IMG/VR virus record: IMGVR_UViG_3300005607_000002
Location: 1-62,360 of that record
DNA length: 62,360 nt
Reading direction: 5' to 3' (one strand)
DNA from: a virus
Taxonomy: Duplodnaviria; Caudoviricetes
This document shows, piece after piece, positions 18,572 to 28,440 of this stretch. The position numbers and the translations under genes are program-made. The notes below the pieces were generated by a model that worked only from the letters and a program-made list of their open reading frames with translations, was not told the DNA's origin and did no database searches. How positions within the stretch are numbered: the first letter of the stretch is position 1; each line of letters opens with the position of its first letter.

Positions 18572-18906
18572 CCGGATTCGTCTGCGAGGCCGAGCTTTTT
18601 CAGGGCCGCATGTGCTGCGGGCGCTGCGGTCTCTCGTGGGATGTTGACGACGAGGGCGCCGCCGCCGGCGCATGCAAGCCCAAGGCCGATCCGCCGATCG
18701 GTCTTGCCGAGATGGAGCAGGCGGTGCGCAGCCAGGCGCGCATGCTCGTGCATTCGCAGCATGCGGCGGTGAGCGCCGGCTACCGCAGCGCGCCCTATAT
18801 GCCCGAGCTGCGCAAGGCCGCTGTTTTGATGGCGGCAGCGGCCGTGCTCGAGCGCATTGCCGGCGATCCGCGGCTTGTCGCGATGCTCAAGGAGGACCGG
18901 AAATGA
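18568..18906 (+). CDS. Hypothetical protein with Cys cluster
   Basis: MCCGRCGLSWDVDD. Confidence 0.55.
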   Translation: MTGFVCEAELFQGRMCCGRCGLSWDVDDEGAAAGACKPKADPPIGLAEMEQAVRSQARMLVHSQHAAVSAGYRSAPYMPELRKAAVLMAAAAVLERIAGDPRLVAMLKEDRK

Positions 18907-18925
18907 TCAGGCGGAGGACCGGAAG

Positions 18926-19588
18926 ATGATCAGGGTGAATGCGAGGCTGTTCAAGGCGGCGAGCGTCTGCCAGGCGAGAGAAGAGGAAACAACGCGGCAT
19001 TACCTTTGCGGCGTCAGCATCGAGCCGCATCCCGACGGCGCGCTCCTCGCCGCAACCGACGGGCACTGCCTGGTCGTGATCCTCGACCGCGGCGGCGCGG
19101 CCAAGCGCAAGGCGATCGTCGCGCTGCCCGGGGTCTTGCAGGGCGCGCTGGTCGAAGAGGCGGATGAAGAGGACGAGTTCGGAAACCGTGCTCGTCCCGA
19201 GGACCGCACGCTGCGCATCGATGACGCCGGCATTGCGGTGATCGAGGGATACGCCGCCTCGGCCGCGAGCTGCCTTATCGCCGACGAATTTCCGCCTTGG
19301 CGCAAGGTGTTTCCGCGCGCCGCCCCAACGCAGCAGCCCGCGCCGGCTTTCGGCGCACGATACTTTGCCAGACTCGCCGAGGTCGCCGGCCTGCTCTGCG
19401 ATCACGAGGGCGGGGCCGTTCAGATCGCGGCGATGGGTCCCGAGGATCCGGCGCTGGTGTTCTTTCCGCGTTTCCGCGACGCGGTCGGCGTGCTGATGCC
19501 GGTGCGGGACGGTCTCACCGAGAGCGAGCTGACGACGCCCGCATGGACGGGCGCTGCGGCGCCCGATGCGCAAGAGCCGGAGCAATGA
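18926..19588 (+). CDS. DNA polymerase III beta-clamp-like protein
   Basis: TRHYLCGVSIE, LAATDGHCL, EFPPWRKVFP, GVLMPVR. Confidence 0.75.
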   Translation: MIRVNARLFKAASVCQAREEETTRHYLCGVSIEPHPDGALLAATDGHCLVVILDRGGAAKRKAIVALPGVLQGALVEEADEEDEFGNRARPEDRTLRIDDAGIAVIEGYAASAASCLIADEFPPWRKVFPRAAPTQQPAPAFGARYFARLAEVAGLLCDHEGGAVQIAAMGPEDPALVFFPRFRDAVGVLMPVRDGLTESELTTPAWTGAAAPDAQEPEQ

Positions 19589-20772
19589 CCCCGGCGGAGC
19601 TCGATGAGTTAAAGATGCGCCCCGGCAACGGCTGCGCCGAAGTGGCGGCGCGCTACGTGGCGCTGCGGCGGCACGGCAGGGGCTATATCGGCCCCTGCCC
19701 GGTGTGCTCGGCGGACCGGCAGGATCGTCATGCGACGCGCTTCGAGATCAAGGCCGACGGCGGCTGGGTCTGCGCGGTCTGCAATGACGGCGGCGACGTG
19801 ATCGCGCTCGTCATGCGGGCCGAAGGGGTGGATTTTCTCCGGGCGGTGGAGATCCTGGGCGGCCGGCGCGAAGCTGACGCGGCGGCGCAGGCCGCGCGCG
19901 AGCGCGAGCGCGCCGCAGAGGAGGCGCGGCGCGCCGCCGAAGCCGAAAAATATCGCGAGCGGGAACGCAGCGCGCTTTACCGGATGTGGCGGCAGGCGGC
20001 GGACCCGCGCGGGACGCCGGTCGAAGCCTATCTCGCCCATCGCGGTCTGCCGTTGCCGCCGTGGCCGGAAGGGGGCGCGCGGCTGCGCTATGTGGCCGAT
20101 ATGCCCTATTTCCACGGGCAGAGCATTGACGCGGCCGGGCGCAGGCAGCCGCGCATCGTGCACCGCGGGCCGGCGATGACGGCGGCGATCGTCAAGGGCG
20201 GCAGGTTTGCAGGCATGCACATCACCTGGCTCGATCCGGCGGGGGGCGGCAAGGCGTGCATTGCGGACGCGGAATCCGGCGAGGCGCTGCCGGCCAAAAA
20301 AGTGCGCGGCTCGAAGACGGGCGGCGCGATCGAGCTCGTCAAGGCGGCATCCGCGCAGCCGCACCGCATCATCATCGGCGAGGGCATCGAGACGGTGCTG
20401 ACGGTATGGCACGCCATGCGCGCATGCGCCGTGGACCTTTCCGACGCCGAATTCTGGTCGGCGGTCGATCTCGGCAATCTCGGCGGCCGGTCCGCGGGCC
20501 TGGTCGTTCATCCCGAGCTGCGGACGCCGACAGGACGGCCGCGCCGCGTGCCGGGGCCGGATCCGGATCTGACGTCATCAGGCATCACGCTGCCGGAGGG
20601 CGTTAGTGAAATCACGGTGCTGGTCGACGGAGACAGCGACCCGGTGACGACGATCGGGGCGGTCTGCCGCGCCGCGGTGCGGTTCCAGGCAGCGCATCCG
20701 GGTCTGACGGTGCAGGCACGTTTCCCTCGGCGAGGCATGGATTTTAACGACATGCTGAGGAGCGCAATATGA
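19585..20772 (+). CDS. DNA primase (CHC2-type Zn finger + Toprim)
   Basis: GPCPVC...WVCAVCNDGGDVI; IIGEGIETVL, DGDSD, GMDFND. Confidence 0.85.
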   Translation: MTPAELDELKMRPGNGCAEVAARYVALRRHGRGYIGPCPVCSADRQDRHATRFEIKADGGWVCAVCNDGGDVIALVMRAEGVDFLRAVEILGGRREADAAAQAARERERAAEEARRAAEAEKYRERERSALYRMWRQAADPRGTPVEAYLAHRGLPLPPWPEGGARLRYVADMPYFHGQSIDAAGRRQPRIVHRGPAMTAAIVKGGRFAGMHITWLDPAGGGKACIADAESGEALPAKKVRGSKTGGAIELVKAASAQPHRIIIGEGIETVLTVWHAMRACAVDLSDAEFWSAVDLGNLGGRSAGLVVHPELRTPTGRPRRVPGPDPDLTSSGITLPEGVSEITVLVDGDSDPVTTIGAVCRAAVRFQAAHPGLTVQARFPRRGMDFNDMLRSAI

Positions 20773-21020
20773 AGCTGGCGAGAGACGTGAAGACGGCGCA
20801 TTCGATCAGTGTCGTGGGCTGCGATTTCAAGAATTGTAATTGCGGCGCCGTCTATGTGCGGCTGCACGATGATATGGGCGAGATCTTTGCAGTCGGCGTC
20901 GTTAGCCCCGAAATCGCGATCGAATTTTCCGACGATATCGCCAGCGAAGTGGAGCGGATGCGGTCGGAGGGGAAGCCCAAATGCCGGAATGCCAGCGGGC
21001 GAATTGAGGTCCGACCTTGA
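20769..21020 (+). CDS. Hypothetical protein
   Basis: ATGA overlap with primase; lower GC. Confidence 0.5.
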   Translation: MKLARDVKTAHSISVVGCDFKNCNCGAVYVRLHDDMGEIFAVGVVSPEIAIEFSDDIASEVERMRSEGKPKCRNASGRIEVRP

Positions 21021-21058
21021 AATGAAGGTGGTGGCGCTGGGCTGCCGACGGGGAAGCC

Positions 21059-22834
21059 ATGCCTGTCGTTACCGACACTCGGATTTTAGAGGAGATCCTC
21101 GCATGTCCTTGCGTGCCAGTGACGCGCAGCTTGTTCGAGGAGGCGGTGGAGGCCGAAAAGCAGGTGTCGCCTGGTGCGGAATTGCCCTCGCCCGAGGGGT
21201 TGTCGGCTGCGGCGTCATCGGTGGCGCAGAAATCGGCATCCTCCCAAATGGGAAGGTCTGCGCGACGCGACCGCGGAAGCGGAAGCGGTACGCCGGAGAG
21301 CCGGGCGGCGCTCGACCGCCGGCTCGCATTCTATCCGCTGACCGATCTCGGCAATGCCGAGCGCTTCCGCGAACGTCAGCGCGGACGCCTGATCTGGGTA
21401 GCGGCAATGGGCTGGCACTGGTGGGACGGCCGCCGGTGGGCGCGCGACGGCGCGGAAGGGCGCGTGATGCTGGCCGCTCATGAGACCGTGCGTGCGATCC
21501 AGAACGAGGCTGCGGCGATCGCCGGCAGCGCCGACGACATTGCGGTGGTGATGCGCACGGTGTCGCGCCCGCTGAGCGAAATGCTCCGCGCCCACGGCCG
21601 GCAGTCGGAGAGCAACGACAAGCTTAACCGGCTGGCGAAGCAGGCTCAGGCCTATCTGGAAGTCTCGCCCGCGCAGCTTGATGCCGATCCGTTTGCGATC
21701 AACGTGCTCAACGGCACCATCTTCGTGCGGCGGCCGGGCGATCCGCTGCCGGCCGGCGTCGCCGGCCGGAGCGAGGGCTATGTGTATTTCCGCGAGCACC
21801 GGCCGGAGGACTACATCACGCGGCTTGCGCCGGTGGAGTATGACCCCGCCGCGCCGCGCGAGCGGTGGGACCGGTTTCTGGCCGAGGTGCAGCCGGTAGC
21901 GGCGATGCGGCGTCAGCTTGCGGCGTGGCGCGGCTACAGTCTCACGGGCGACATCAGCGAACAGAAGCTTTGCGTGTTCTTCGGCACCGGCCAGAACGGC
22001 AAGAGCGTGTTCGAGGACGTATGCTGCCATGTCGCCGGCGATTATGCGGCGACGACTCCGATCGAGACGTTCCTTGATGAAGGCCAGGCGCGCCGCGCCG
22101 GCCAGCCGACGCCCGATCTCGCCGGCCTCGCCGGCGTGCGCATGCTGCGCACCAGCGAACCCAATCGGGAGGGGCGTCTCAATGAGGGCCTGATCAAGCT
22201 TGCGACCGGCGGCGAGCCGATCCGGGCGCGGCACCTCAATCGCGATTTCTTCGAGTTCTATCCGCAGTTCAAGCTGACCATGAGCGGCAATCACCGGCCT
22301 CAGATTCGCGGGGCCGACGAGGGCATCTGGCGCCGCGTCGTGCTGGTGCCGTGGTCGGTGACGATCGCGCCCGAGCGCAAGGACCCGCGCTTGCGCCTGA
22401 AGCTGCGGGCGGAAGCGTCCGGGATTTTGAATTGGATGCTGGACGGCCTGTGCGACTGGCTCGACCACGGACTCGTGCTCGCGGCCGAGACGCAGGAAGC
22501 GACGGTTGAATACCGGCGCGACAGCGACCAGCTTGGCCGCTTCCTTGAGGCCTGCACCGAGCGGGCGCCGGGCGAGCGCGTGCAGTCGAGCGTGCTGCAC
22601 GACGTGTTCTGCGCCTGGTGCACGGCGAACGCGCTGACGGCCTGGAAGGGCCGCGGCTTTTCGGACGCCATGACCGAGCGCGGGTTCCGCAAGGACAAGT
22701 CAAGCGTGATGTTCTGGCTCGATTTGCGGCTGACGAAATCGCGCAGCGATTTTGTGGATGCCGAGGGGCGGCCTCGTCATCTGGCCGGCGCCGGCCAGCA
22801 GGAGGCGTTCGGCGCTGATGATTTTGTGATGTGA
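21059..22834 (+). CDS. P4-family / D5-like SF3 helicase
   Basis: TDLGNAERF, INVLNG, Walker A GTGQNGKS, IKLATGGEPIRARHL, GIWRRVVLVPW. Confidence 0.9.
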   Translation: MPVVTDTRILEEILACPCVPVTRSLFEEAVEAEKQVSPGAELPSPEGLSAAASSVAQKSASSQMGRSARRDRGSGSGTPESRAALDRRLAFYPLTDLGNAERFRERQRGRLIWVAAMGWHWWDGRRWARDGAEGRVMLAAHETVRAIQNEAAAIAGSADDIAVVMRTVSRPLSEMLRAHGRQSESNDKLNRLAKQAQAYLEVSPAQLDADPFAINVLNGTIFVRRPGDPLPAGVAGRSEGYVYFREHRPEDYITRLAPVEYDPAAPRERWDRFLAEVQPVAAMRRQLAAWRGYSLTGDISEQKLCVFFGTGQNGKSVFEDVCCHVAGDYAATTPIETFLDEGQARRAGQPTPDLAGLAGVRMLRTSEPNREGRLNEGLIKLATGGEPIRARHLNRDFFEFYPQFKLTMSGNHRPQIRGADEGIWRRVVLVPWSVTIAPERKDPRLRLKLRAEASGILNWMLDGLCDWLDHGLVLAAETQEATVEYRRDSDQLGRFLEACTERAPGERVQSSVLHDVFCAWCTANALTAWKGRGFSDAMTERGFRKDKSSVMFWLDLRLTKSRSDFVDAEGRPRHLAGAGQQEAFGADDFVM

Positions 22835-22840
22835 GGTTCC

Positions 22841-23100
22841 CACCCTCCCGGAATTGGGAGGGTGACGGCGATGCGGAAGCGCCCGCCCCACAGCGGGTTG
22901 GGAGGGTTTACGCCATCCGGGAGGGTTAACGCCATTAGCTCTTATGGACTCGGGACTCGTATGCAATGAATTCAAAAAAACCCTCCCAAGTCTCCCCGGG
23001 CATAAGAGCCGGCGCTGGAAAAACTGTTGGCAACCTTGGGGAAAGCCTGTGGATAACGCAAACGAACCAATCTTCCGGACCCTCCCGCGGACTCTCCCGG
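22841..23100. repeat. Cluster of GGGAGGGT/ACCCTCCC repeats, candidate replication origin
   Basis: About six copies in both orientations, including the inverted pair CACCCTCCC...GGGAGGGTG, right after the helicase gene. Confidence 0.5.
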
Positions 23101-23123
23101 CCGCATTGCAGCCGCCGAAAAGC

Positions 23124-23753
23124 ATGCGGCCGTGGACCGAGGTGCTCGCCGAGCTTGAGGCGCGCCACCATGCGCAGCCCGGTCCGCGCTGGCATCTCGT
23201 GCAGTGTGAGCCGGGCGAGCATGACGCGCATGCGTGCGAGTGGCTCGGCCGGCTCGGCTACGAGGTGTATTACCCGCGCGTGCGCAAGCTCAAGGCGGTG
23301 AGCCGCAAGGGGCTGTCGAAACGGCAGCGCCGGCTACGGGCGACGGTGATGCGTGAGGTGCTGGCGCCGCTGTGGCCGCGCTATGTGATGACGCGGTTCG
23401 ACGTGCAGGACGGGCAGTGGCACCGCATCTTCGACATCGCCGGGGTGACGGGCCTGGTGTGCGCGCAGAACCGGCCGGTGCCGATCGCGGATGATCTCAT
23501 CGCGCGCATGCGCGCCGCCGAGGTAGGGGGCGCTATTCCGGCGGCGACGCCGGCGGCGCGGATCTATCGGCTGGGCGCGCTCGCGGAGATTACGGAGGGT
23601 CCGTTCACGGGCTTCCGCGGCGCGATCGAGCGGGTGCGGACGGAGACGATCGCCGGCGTTTCCGCGGCGGTGCAGCTGACCGTCGCGATCAATATTTTCG
23701 GCCGGCTGACGCCGGTGGACCTGGAGGCCTGGCAGGCCCGGCCGGCCGATTAG
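23124..23753 (+). CDS. NusG-family transcription antitermination factor
   Basis: WHLVQCEPG, PLWPRYV, KOW-like ITEGPFTGFRGAI, INIFGRLTPV. Confidence 0.85.
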   Translation: MRPWTEVLAELEARHHAQPGPRWHLVQCEPGEHDAHACEWLGRLGYEVYYPRVRKLKAVSRKGLSKRQRRLRATVMREVLAPLWPRYVMTRFDVQDGQWHRIFDIAGVTGLVCAQNRPVPIADDLIARMRAAEVGGAIPAATPAARIYRLGALAEITEGPFTGFRGAIERVRTETIAGVSAAVQLTVAINIFGRLTPVDLEAWQARPAD

Positions 23754-24190
23754 GATCTTTGCGGCCTGTTTGGTTTGGGGGGCAGGAAATCGGCCGCATG
23801 CTGGGGCGCAGGCAGCCAGCGCTCCGACAGATTGTCGTAGCCGTCGGCCTCGACCCATCGGCTGCCGACGATCAGGACCGAAAGATGGTCCTCATATTGC
23901 AGGCCGCGGGGAAAATCCGGCGGCCGTTGCCGGTTGACGACGCGTACGTGCACCGGCTTGAGGCCCGCCTCGTCGCAGGCTTTTTGCACGAGCGCTATGG
24001 CGGCCTTGCGTTCGGCGGGGGGTGGTGGGCCGCACTTCGTCCGGCGTGAGGGCTCTCCCCCGCGGTAGGCCGGGCGGCCAATCGAGGAGGAGATTGATGC
24101 CGCCGAGGCGATCGGCGGCTTTAATCAGGTTGCGGGAGAATTTCATTGTGGCCTCGCGCCGCGCCAGCGGCGCGATGGTAACTGATCGAA

Positions 24191-24511
24191 TTAGGGGGCA
24201 TCATAAAACTGCGGAAACATGTAATGGAGACGCCGGGCCTCATTATAGGTACGTGGCCGCAAATTGGACTCGTGGACGACGGTGAGTGTCTCGGCTTGCG
24301 CGAGCTGGCACGCCCCATAATCACTGCCGGTGCGAGCTATCCGTTCGGCGGCGTCGATTTTGTCTTGGATGTATTGCCACGCCTCGTCCTCGGTGTCCCT
24401 ATAGATCTCCCCGTAGGGGGGGAGAGATGGGCACCCGTGCGTGACGTACTCTCGTGGTACGATGTACCACCTCTCTCGCTTGGACTGTCTGCGGCTGCTA
24501 CGGCTGGTCAT
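24191..24511 (-). CDS. Hypothetical protein
   Basis: AAGGAG RBS; 106 aa. Confidence 0.55.
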   Translation of the reverse strand: MTSRSSRRQSKRERWYIVPREYVTHGCPSLPPYGEIYRDTEDEAWQYIQDKIDAAERIARTGSDYGACQLAQAETLTVVHESNLRPRTYNEARRLHYMFPQFYDAP

Positions 24512-24550
24512 TTGTTTCTCCTTGCTCTGGTCTTGATTACGTCCCTAATA

Positions 24551-24589
24551 TCTCATATGACTTATTCGCTGTCAATAAGTCATATGAGA
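24551..24589. promoter_or_regulatory. Perfect 16-bp inverted repeat, likely operator between divergent genes
   Basis: TCTCATATGACTTATT-N7-AATAAGTCATATGAGA. Confidence 0.7.
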
Positions 24590-24596
24590 AAATTCG

Positions 24597-24782
24597 ATGC
24601 GAGGGCGAAAAAAAATCTGGCCGGAGCGCCGCGAAATGGCGCTGCCGGCGGGCACGCTCGACCGCATCGCGGCGGTGCTGCGGGACGGCGAGGATCGTTC
24701 GGATTTCGTCCGGCTCGCAATCGAGCGCGAGCTGGCGCGACGCGAGGGCGAGGAAATCGAGTCAAAATCGAGTCGCGCGTGA
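24597..24782 (+). CDS. Ribbon-helix-helix protein
   Basis: GRKKIW...LPAGTLDRIAAVL...RSDFVRLAIERELARR. Confidence 0.7.
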   Translation: MRGRKKIWPERREMALPAGTLDRIAAVLRDGEDRSDFVRLAIERELARREGEEIESKSSRA

Positions 24783-24830
24783 TAACTTTTGACTCCGGGC
24801 TCGACTCGGCGCTATGAGAGGCGCGGGGAC

Positions 24831-24914
24831 GGCAGCCACCCTGGCAGCCACCCTGGCAGCCACCCTGGCAGCCACCCTGGCAGCCACCCTGGCAGCCACC
24901 CTGGCAGCCACCCT
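24831..24914 (+). repeat. Tandem repeat, 7 x GGCAGCCACCCT
   Basis: Seven perfect 12-bp copies, intergenic, downstream of TTGACT-N18-TATGAG. Confidence 0.95.
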
Positions 24915-24997
24915 GGCGACCGGCCGGGGCGGCGGAGCGTACCTTAAGCGGCGCGCTGCGACCTTCGCGAAATTTTCGCGAAGGTCATAAAATTCGC

Positions 24998-25531
24998 ATG
25001 GCCAAAGACATCGGCGTGATCGTCGCCCTGCCGCCCGCAGTGCGGGACTGGGTGGAGGCGCAGGCGGAAGATCTCGGCGTAACGGCTGCGATCTGGATTC
25101 GCATGCTCGTCGTCGCTGCGGCCAGAGGGCGCAGCGCGCTGCCGGCCGGGCCGGCCATCCAGCCCGCGCATGCGGCCCCGCGCGCCCCGGCGCCGGCGCC
25201 CGCAGCGCTGGGTCTCCCCGATGGTGATGATGACGCCGGCGCATCCGGCGGCCTCGATCCGGACGCCTGGCGCGGATCGCCGGATGACGAATCGCCCGGT
25301 GATGACGCGGCACAGGACGCAGCGCAGGACGCCGATATCGATGCGATCGTTGCCGGCCGCGTGGCCGAGGCCGCAGCCTCCGCGCCGCCGGCCGCGCTCC
25401 CTGATGCCTATTCCGCGCCCGCGCCCGTGATCCTCGGACCCGCCAACGGCGGCGGCGCACGGCCGCTCCGGCGTCCGCCTCCCGCCTATTCCCCCGCGCG
25501 CCAGCCCTCGCATCTGCGCGGACTGATGTGA
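24998..25531 (+). CDS. Hypothetical protein with possible RHH N-terminus and low-complexity tail
   Basis: VIVALPPAVRDWVEAQAEDLGVTAAIWIRMLV. Confidence 0.55.
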   Translation: MAKDIGVIVALPPAVRDWVEAQAEDLGVTAAIWIRMLVVAAARGRSALPAGPAIQPAHAAPRAPAPAPAALGLPDGDDDAGASGGLDPDAWRGSPDDESPGDDAAQDAAQDADIDAIVAGRVAEAAASAPPAALPDAYSAPAPVILGPANGGGARPLRRPPPAYSPARQPSHLRGLM

Positions 25532-25559
25532 CTGCCCGCCTGACCATGCTCGCCTGACC

Positions 25560-26168
25560 ATGCCTGCCTGCCGCGACCCTCAGCACGAGCGCTTCGCCCG
25601 CGCGCTCGCCGAGCAGTATCTCGCGGTGCCGCCGCCGCGCCGGCCGGTGCTGGAGGCCTTCAAGGCCGCGGGCTATGCCCCGCACAAGGGCAATGCCAGC
25701 CGGCTTGCCAGGCGGCCGGAGATCCGCGCCCGCGTCGCCGAGCTCCTCGAGGAGGCGCGCGAATACGCCGACATCCGCCTCGTCAAGGCGCTGGTGCGCG
25801 TCGATCGCATCGCCGACGCCAAGCTGCCGGACTATTACGAGCGCCGCGACGGCGCGCTGGTGCTGCGCGACATCACCGCGCTGCCGCCGCGCCTCGCCGA
25901 GGCCATCGCCGAGCTTGAATATCACGACGACGGCCGCATCAAGCGCATCAAGCTGCACGACAAGGCGCAGGCCAACCTCGCGCTGCTCAAGCATTTCGGC
26001 GGCGCCGGAGAGGCGGCCGAGCGCCGCGCCGACGTGAACATCTGGAATGTCCTCTCAGTCGAAGATCAGCGCGTGCTTGCCGATCTTGTCGAAGCTCTCG
26101 CCCGAGGGTCTGCGCCTGCTCTCGCGGGAGCTGCGGGCGAGAGCGCAGCAGCAGGCGCGGGAGCGTAA
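25560..26168 (+). CDS. terS: Terminase small subunit
   Basis: HERFARAL, AFKAAGY, NASRLARRPEIRARVAEL, IKLHDKAQANLALLKHFG; upstream of terL. Confidence 0.8.
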   Translation: MPACRDPQHERFARALAEQYLAVPPPRRPVLEAFKAAGYAPHKGNASRLARRPEIRARVAELLEEAREYADIRLVKALVRVDRIADAKLPDYYERRDGALVLRDITALPPRLAEAIAELEYHDDGRIKRIKLHDKAQANLALLKHFGGAGEAAERRADVNIWNVLSVEDQRVLADLVEALARGSAPALAGAAGESAAAGAGA

Positions 26169-26910
26169 GCTCTACTCCTATTACCCGGACGACGGCCCGC
26201 TCCGGCGCGAGCTCTATCCGCGCCATATGGAGTTTTTCGCCGCCGGCGGCTGGCATCAGCGGTTGCCGTCCTGTCCGGCCGATTGCGACGGCTCACCGCA
26301 TCGCGACCGGCTGATGCTCGCCGCCAATCGCGTCGGCAAGACCGAATCGGTCGGCGGCTACGAGGTCGCGCTGCACGCCACCGGCCGCTACCCCGCCTGG
26401 TGGCCGGGGCTGAAATTCCGCCGGCCGGTCGAGATCTGGGCGAGCGGCAAGAAGAATGAGACCACCCGCGACATCATCCAGGCCAAGCTGTTCGGCCCGG
26501 TCGCCTGGCGCGGGCGCGTCAAGACGCTGGCGGGCACCGGCCTCATCCCGGCCGAGGACATCGGCGCCGTGACGTGGAAGCGCGGCGTCGCCGATCTCGC
26601 CGACACCGTGCAGGTGCGCCACCGCTCCGGCGGATGGAGCGTGATCGGCCTCAAGAGCTATGAGCAGGGACGCGGCGCCTATGAAGGCACCGAGAAGGAT
26701 ATCATCTGGTTCGATGAGGAGCCGCCCGTCGATGTCTATGTGGAGGCCGGCATCCGCACCATGACCACGCAGGGCCATACGCTGCTCACCTTCACCCCGC
26801 TGGAGGGCATGAGCGAAGTGGTGCTCGAGTTCCTGCCCGGCGGCACGCTGCCGCCGCGGGACGAAAGCATGGCCCCTCATGTGCTCGAGGCGATCGGCCG
26901 CGGGGCCTAA
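26047..26910 (+). CDS. terL: Terminase large subunit, N-terminal ATPase part (P22-like)
   Basis: RLMLAANRVGKT, KSYEQGR, IIWFDEEPP, LTFTPLEGMSEVV. Confidence 0.88.
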   Translation: MSSQSKISACLPILSKLSPEGLRLLSRELRARAQQQARERKLYSYYPDDGPLRRELYPRHMEFFAAGGWHQRLPSCPADCDGSPHRDRLMLAANRVGKTESVGGYEVALHATGRYPAWWPGLKFRRPVEIWASGKKNETTRDIIQAKLFGPVAWRGRVKTLAGTGLIPAEDIGAVTWKRGVADLADTVQVRHRSGGWSVIGLKSYEQGRGAYEGTEKDIIWFDEEPPVDVYVEAGIRTMTTQGHTLLTFTPLEGMSEVVLEFLPGGTLPPRDESMAPHVLEAIGRGA

Positions 26911-26912
26911 GC

Positions 26913-27671
26913 ATGGGGGGCAAGTTCGTGGTCAACGCCGGCTGGGATCACGTGCCCCACTTGAGCGAGGAGCAGAAGGCGGCCGAGCTCGCCCGCATCC
27001 AGCCCTATCAGCGCGAGGCGCGCTCCAAAGGCATTCCGGCCCTGGGCGCCGGCGCGATCTATCCGGTGCCCGAAGACTATGTCCTGTGCGACCCGTTCGA
27101 GATTCCCGACTGGATGCCCCAGTGTTACGCCCTCGATGTCGGGTGGCACCGCACCGCGGCGCTGTGGGCGGCGCACGACATCAACTCGGATGTCGTCTAT
27201 CTCTACAGCGAGCATTACCGGGCCGAGGCCGAGCCGCCGGTGCACGCCAATGCGATACTCGCGCGAGGCAAGTGGATTCCCGGCGTCATCGACCCGGCGG
27301 CGCGCGGGCGCGGCCAGCGCGACGGCGAGCGGCTGATCAGGGTGTACCAGGAGCTCGGGCTGCAGCTTCTTTTCCCGGCGGCCAACGACATCGAGGCGGG
27401 CATCTACGAATGCTGGATAAGGCTTTCGACCGGCCGCATGAAGGCATTCCGCAGCCTGCAGAACTGGCTTGCGGAATTCCGCTTCTACCAGCGCGACGAG
27501 AGAGGCCGCGTGAAGGACGGCCAGCCGGACCACCTCATGGACTGCATGCGCTACATTCTACTCTCCGGACTTCCCCGCGCCGTGGTGCGGCCGCCCTCGA
27601 TGTGGACGGCGCGCGGCCTCGTCGCGCGGCATACGGCCGACTATGATCCGCTCGCCTACGGAGACCGCTGA
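26913..27671 (+). CDS. terL: Terminase large subunit, C-terminal nuclease part
   Basis: WDHVPHL, REARSKGIPALGAGAIYP, ALDVGWHRTAA, DHLMDCMRY. Confidence 0.88.
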   Translation: MGGKFVVNAGWDHVPHLSEEQKAAELARIQPYQREARSKGIPALGAGAIYPVPEDYVLCDPFEIPDWMPQCYALDVGWHRTAALWAAHDINSDVVYLYSEHYRAEAEPPVHANAILARGKWIPGVIDPAARGRGQRDGERLIRVYQELGLQLLFPAANDIEAGIYECWIRLSTGRMKAFRSLQNWLAEFRFYQRDERGRVKDGQPDHLMDCMRYILLSGLPRAVVRPPSMWTARGLVARHTADYDPLAYGDR

Positions 27672-27918
27672 ATGCGCACGCGCCGCAGCTACCGCCCGCG
27701 CGGCCAGCAACATGACCCTGTTGAGCAGGGCGCCGGACGGCTTGACCCGCGGCCGTCGGCGGAGGCGCTCGCCGACCGCGACCGCCGGCTGAACTATGTC
27801 GAGACGCTGCATATGGCTCTGCTCGGCGATCCGCCGCCCGGCCGCAGCGCGCTTGACGGCTGGATTCCGAGGGGCGTCAGCGCATGCGGAGTCCGCGAGC
27901 GATGGTAGGAGCATAGTC

Positions 27919-28131
27919 ATGACCAACAAGGCAATCGCCACTCTGGTGCCGACGCAATCCGACGCTGAGATTGCGGCTGACCTCAAGCGCCGCGTCATCG
28001 AGGCGCACGAGCCAGTGCTGGCGCTGCTTGACGAGGCTCATGCCGCAGGATTTGAGATCATTTGCGGATGCGGCCTGGCGCCGACCGGACGCCATGTGAT
28101 CACGCATCTGCGTATCGCGAAGCTGTATTAG
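27919..28131 (+). CDS. Hypothetical protein
   Basis: AGGAG RBS before MTNKAIATLVP. Confidence 0.5.
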   Translation: MTNKAIATLVPTQSDAEIAADLKRRVIEAHEPVLALLDEAHAAGFEIICGCGLAPTGRHVITHLRIAKLY

Positions 28132-28137
28132 CCCCGC

Positions 28138-28440
28138 ATGGCCCGCGCTCTTTGGCGGCCCGGCCGGTCGGCCGCGCCGCTGCCCGACGGCCGGGCTTTG
28201 CCGCAGGGAATGTCGCCGGAGGCGCGCGCGCAGCGCGAGGATATTGCGGCGGCGCTCGCGGACCCTGAATGTCCGGCGCATGTGTCCAAGCCGCTGCACG
28301 CCACCCGCGATCAATATGACGCGCTTGTCGCCGAGCGCATGCGCACCATGACGCTCGCCGAGCGTATCGATATCGAGATTGCGCTCACCCAGCGCCGCCG
28401 GCGCGTGCACGCGTTCGACTATGATCCACTGAGGTATTGA
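28138..28440 (+). CDS. Hypothetical protein ending in DYDPLRY
   Basis: ORF in late operon. Confidence 0.5.
   Translation: MARALWRPGRSAAPLPDGRALPQGMSPEARAQREDIAAALADPECPAHVSKPLHATRDQYDALVAERMRTMTLAERIDIEIALTQRRRRVHAFDYDPLRY

Noticed and set aside
24762-25994. Minus-strand ORF with VAAR repeats
   Set aside because: Translation of the 12-bp DNA repeat, antisense to terS; unlikely to be a real protein
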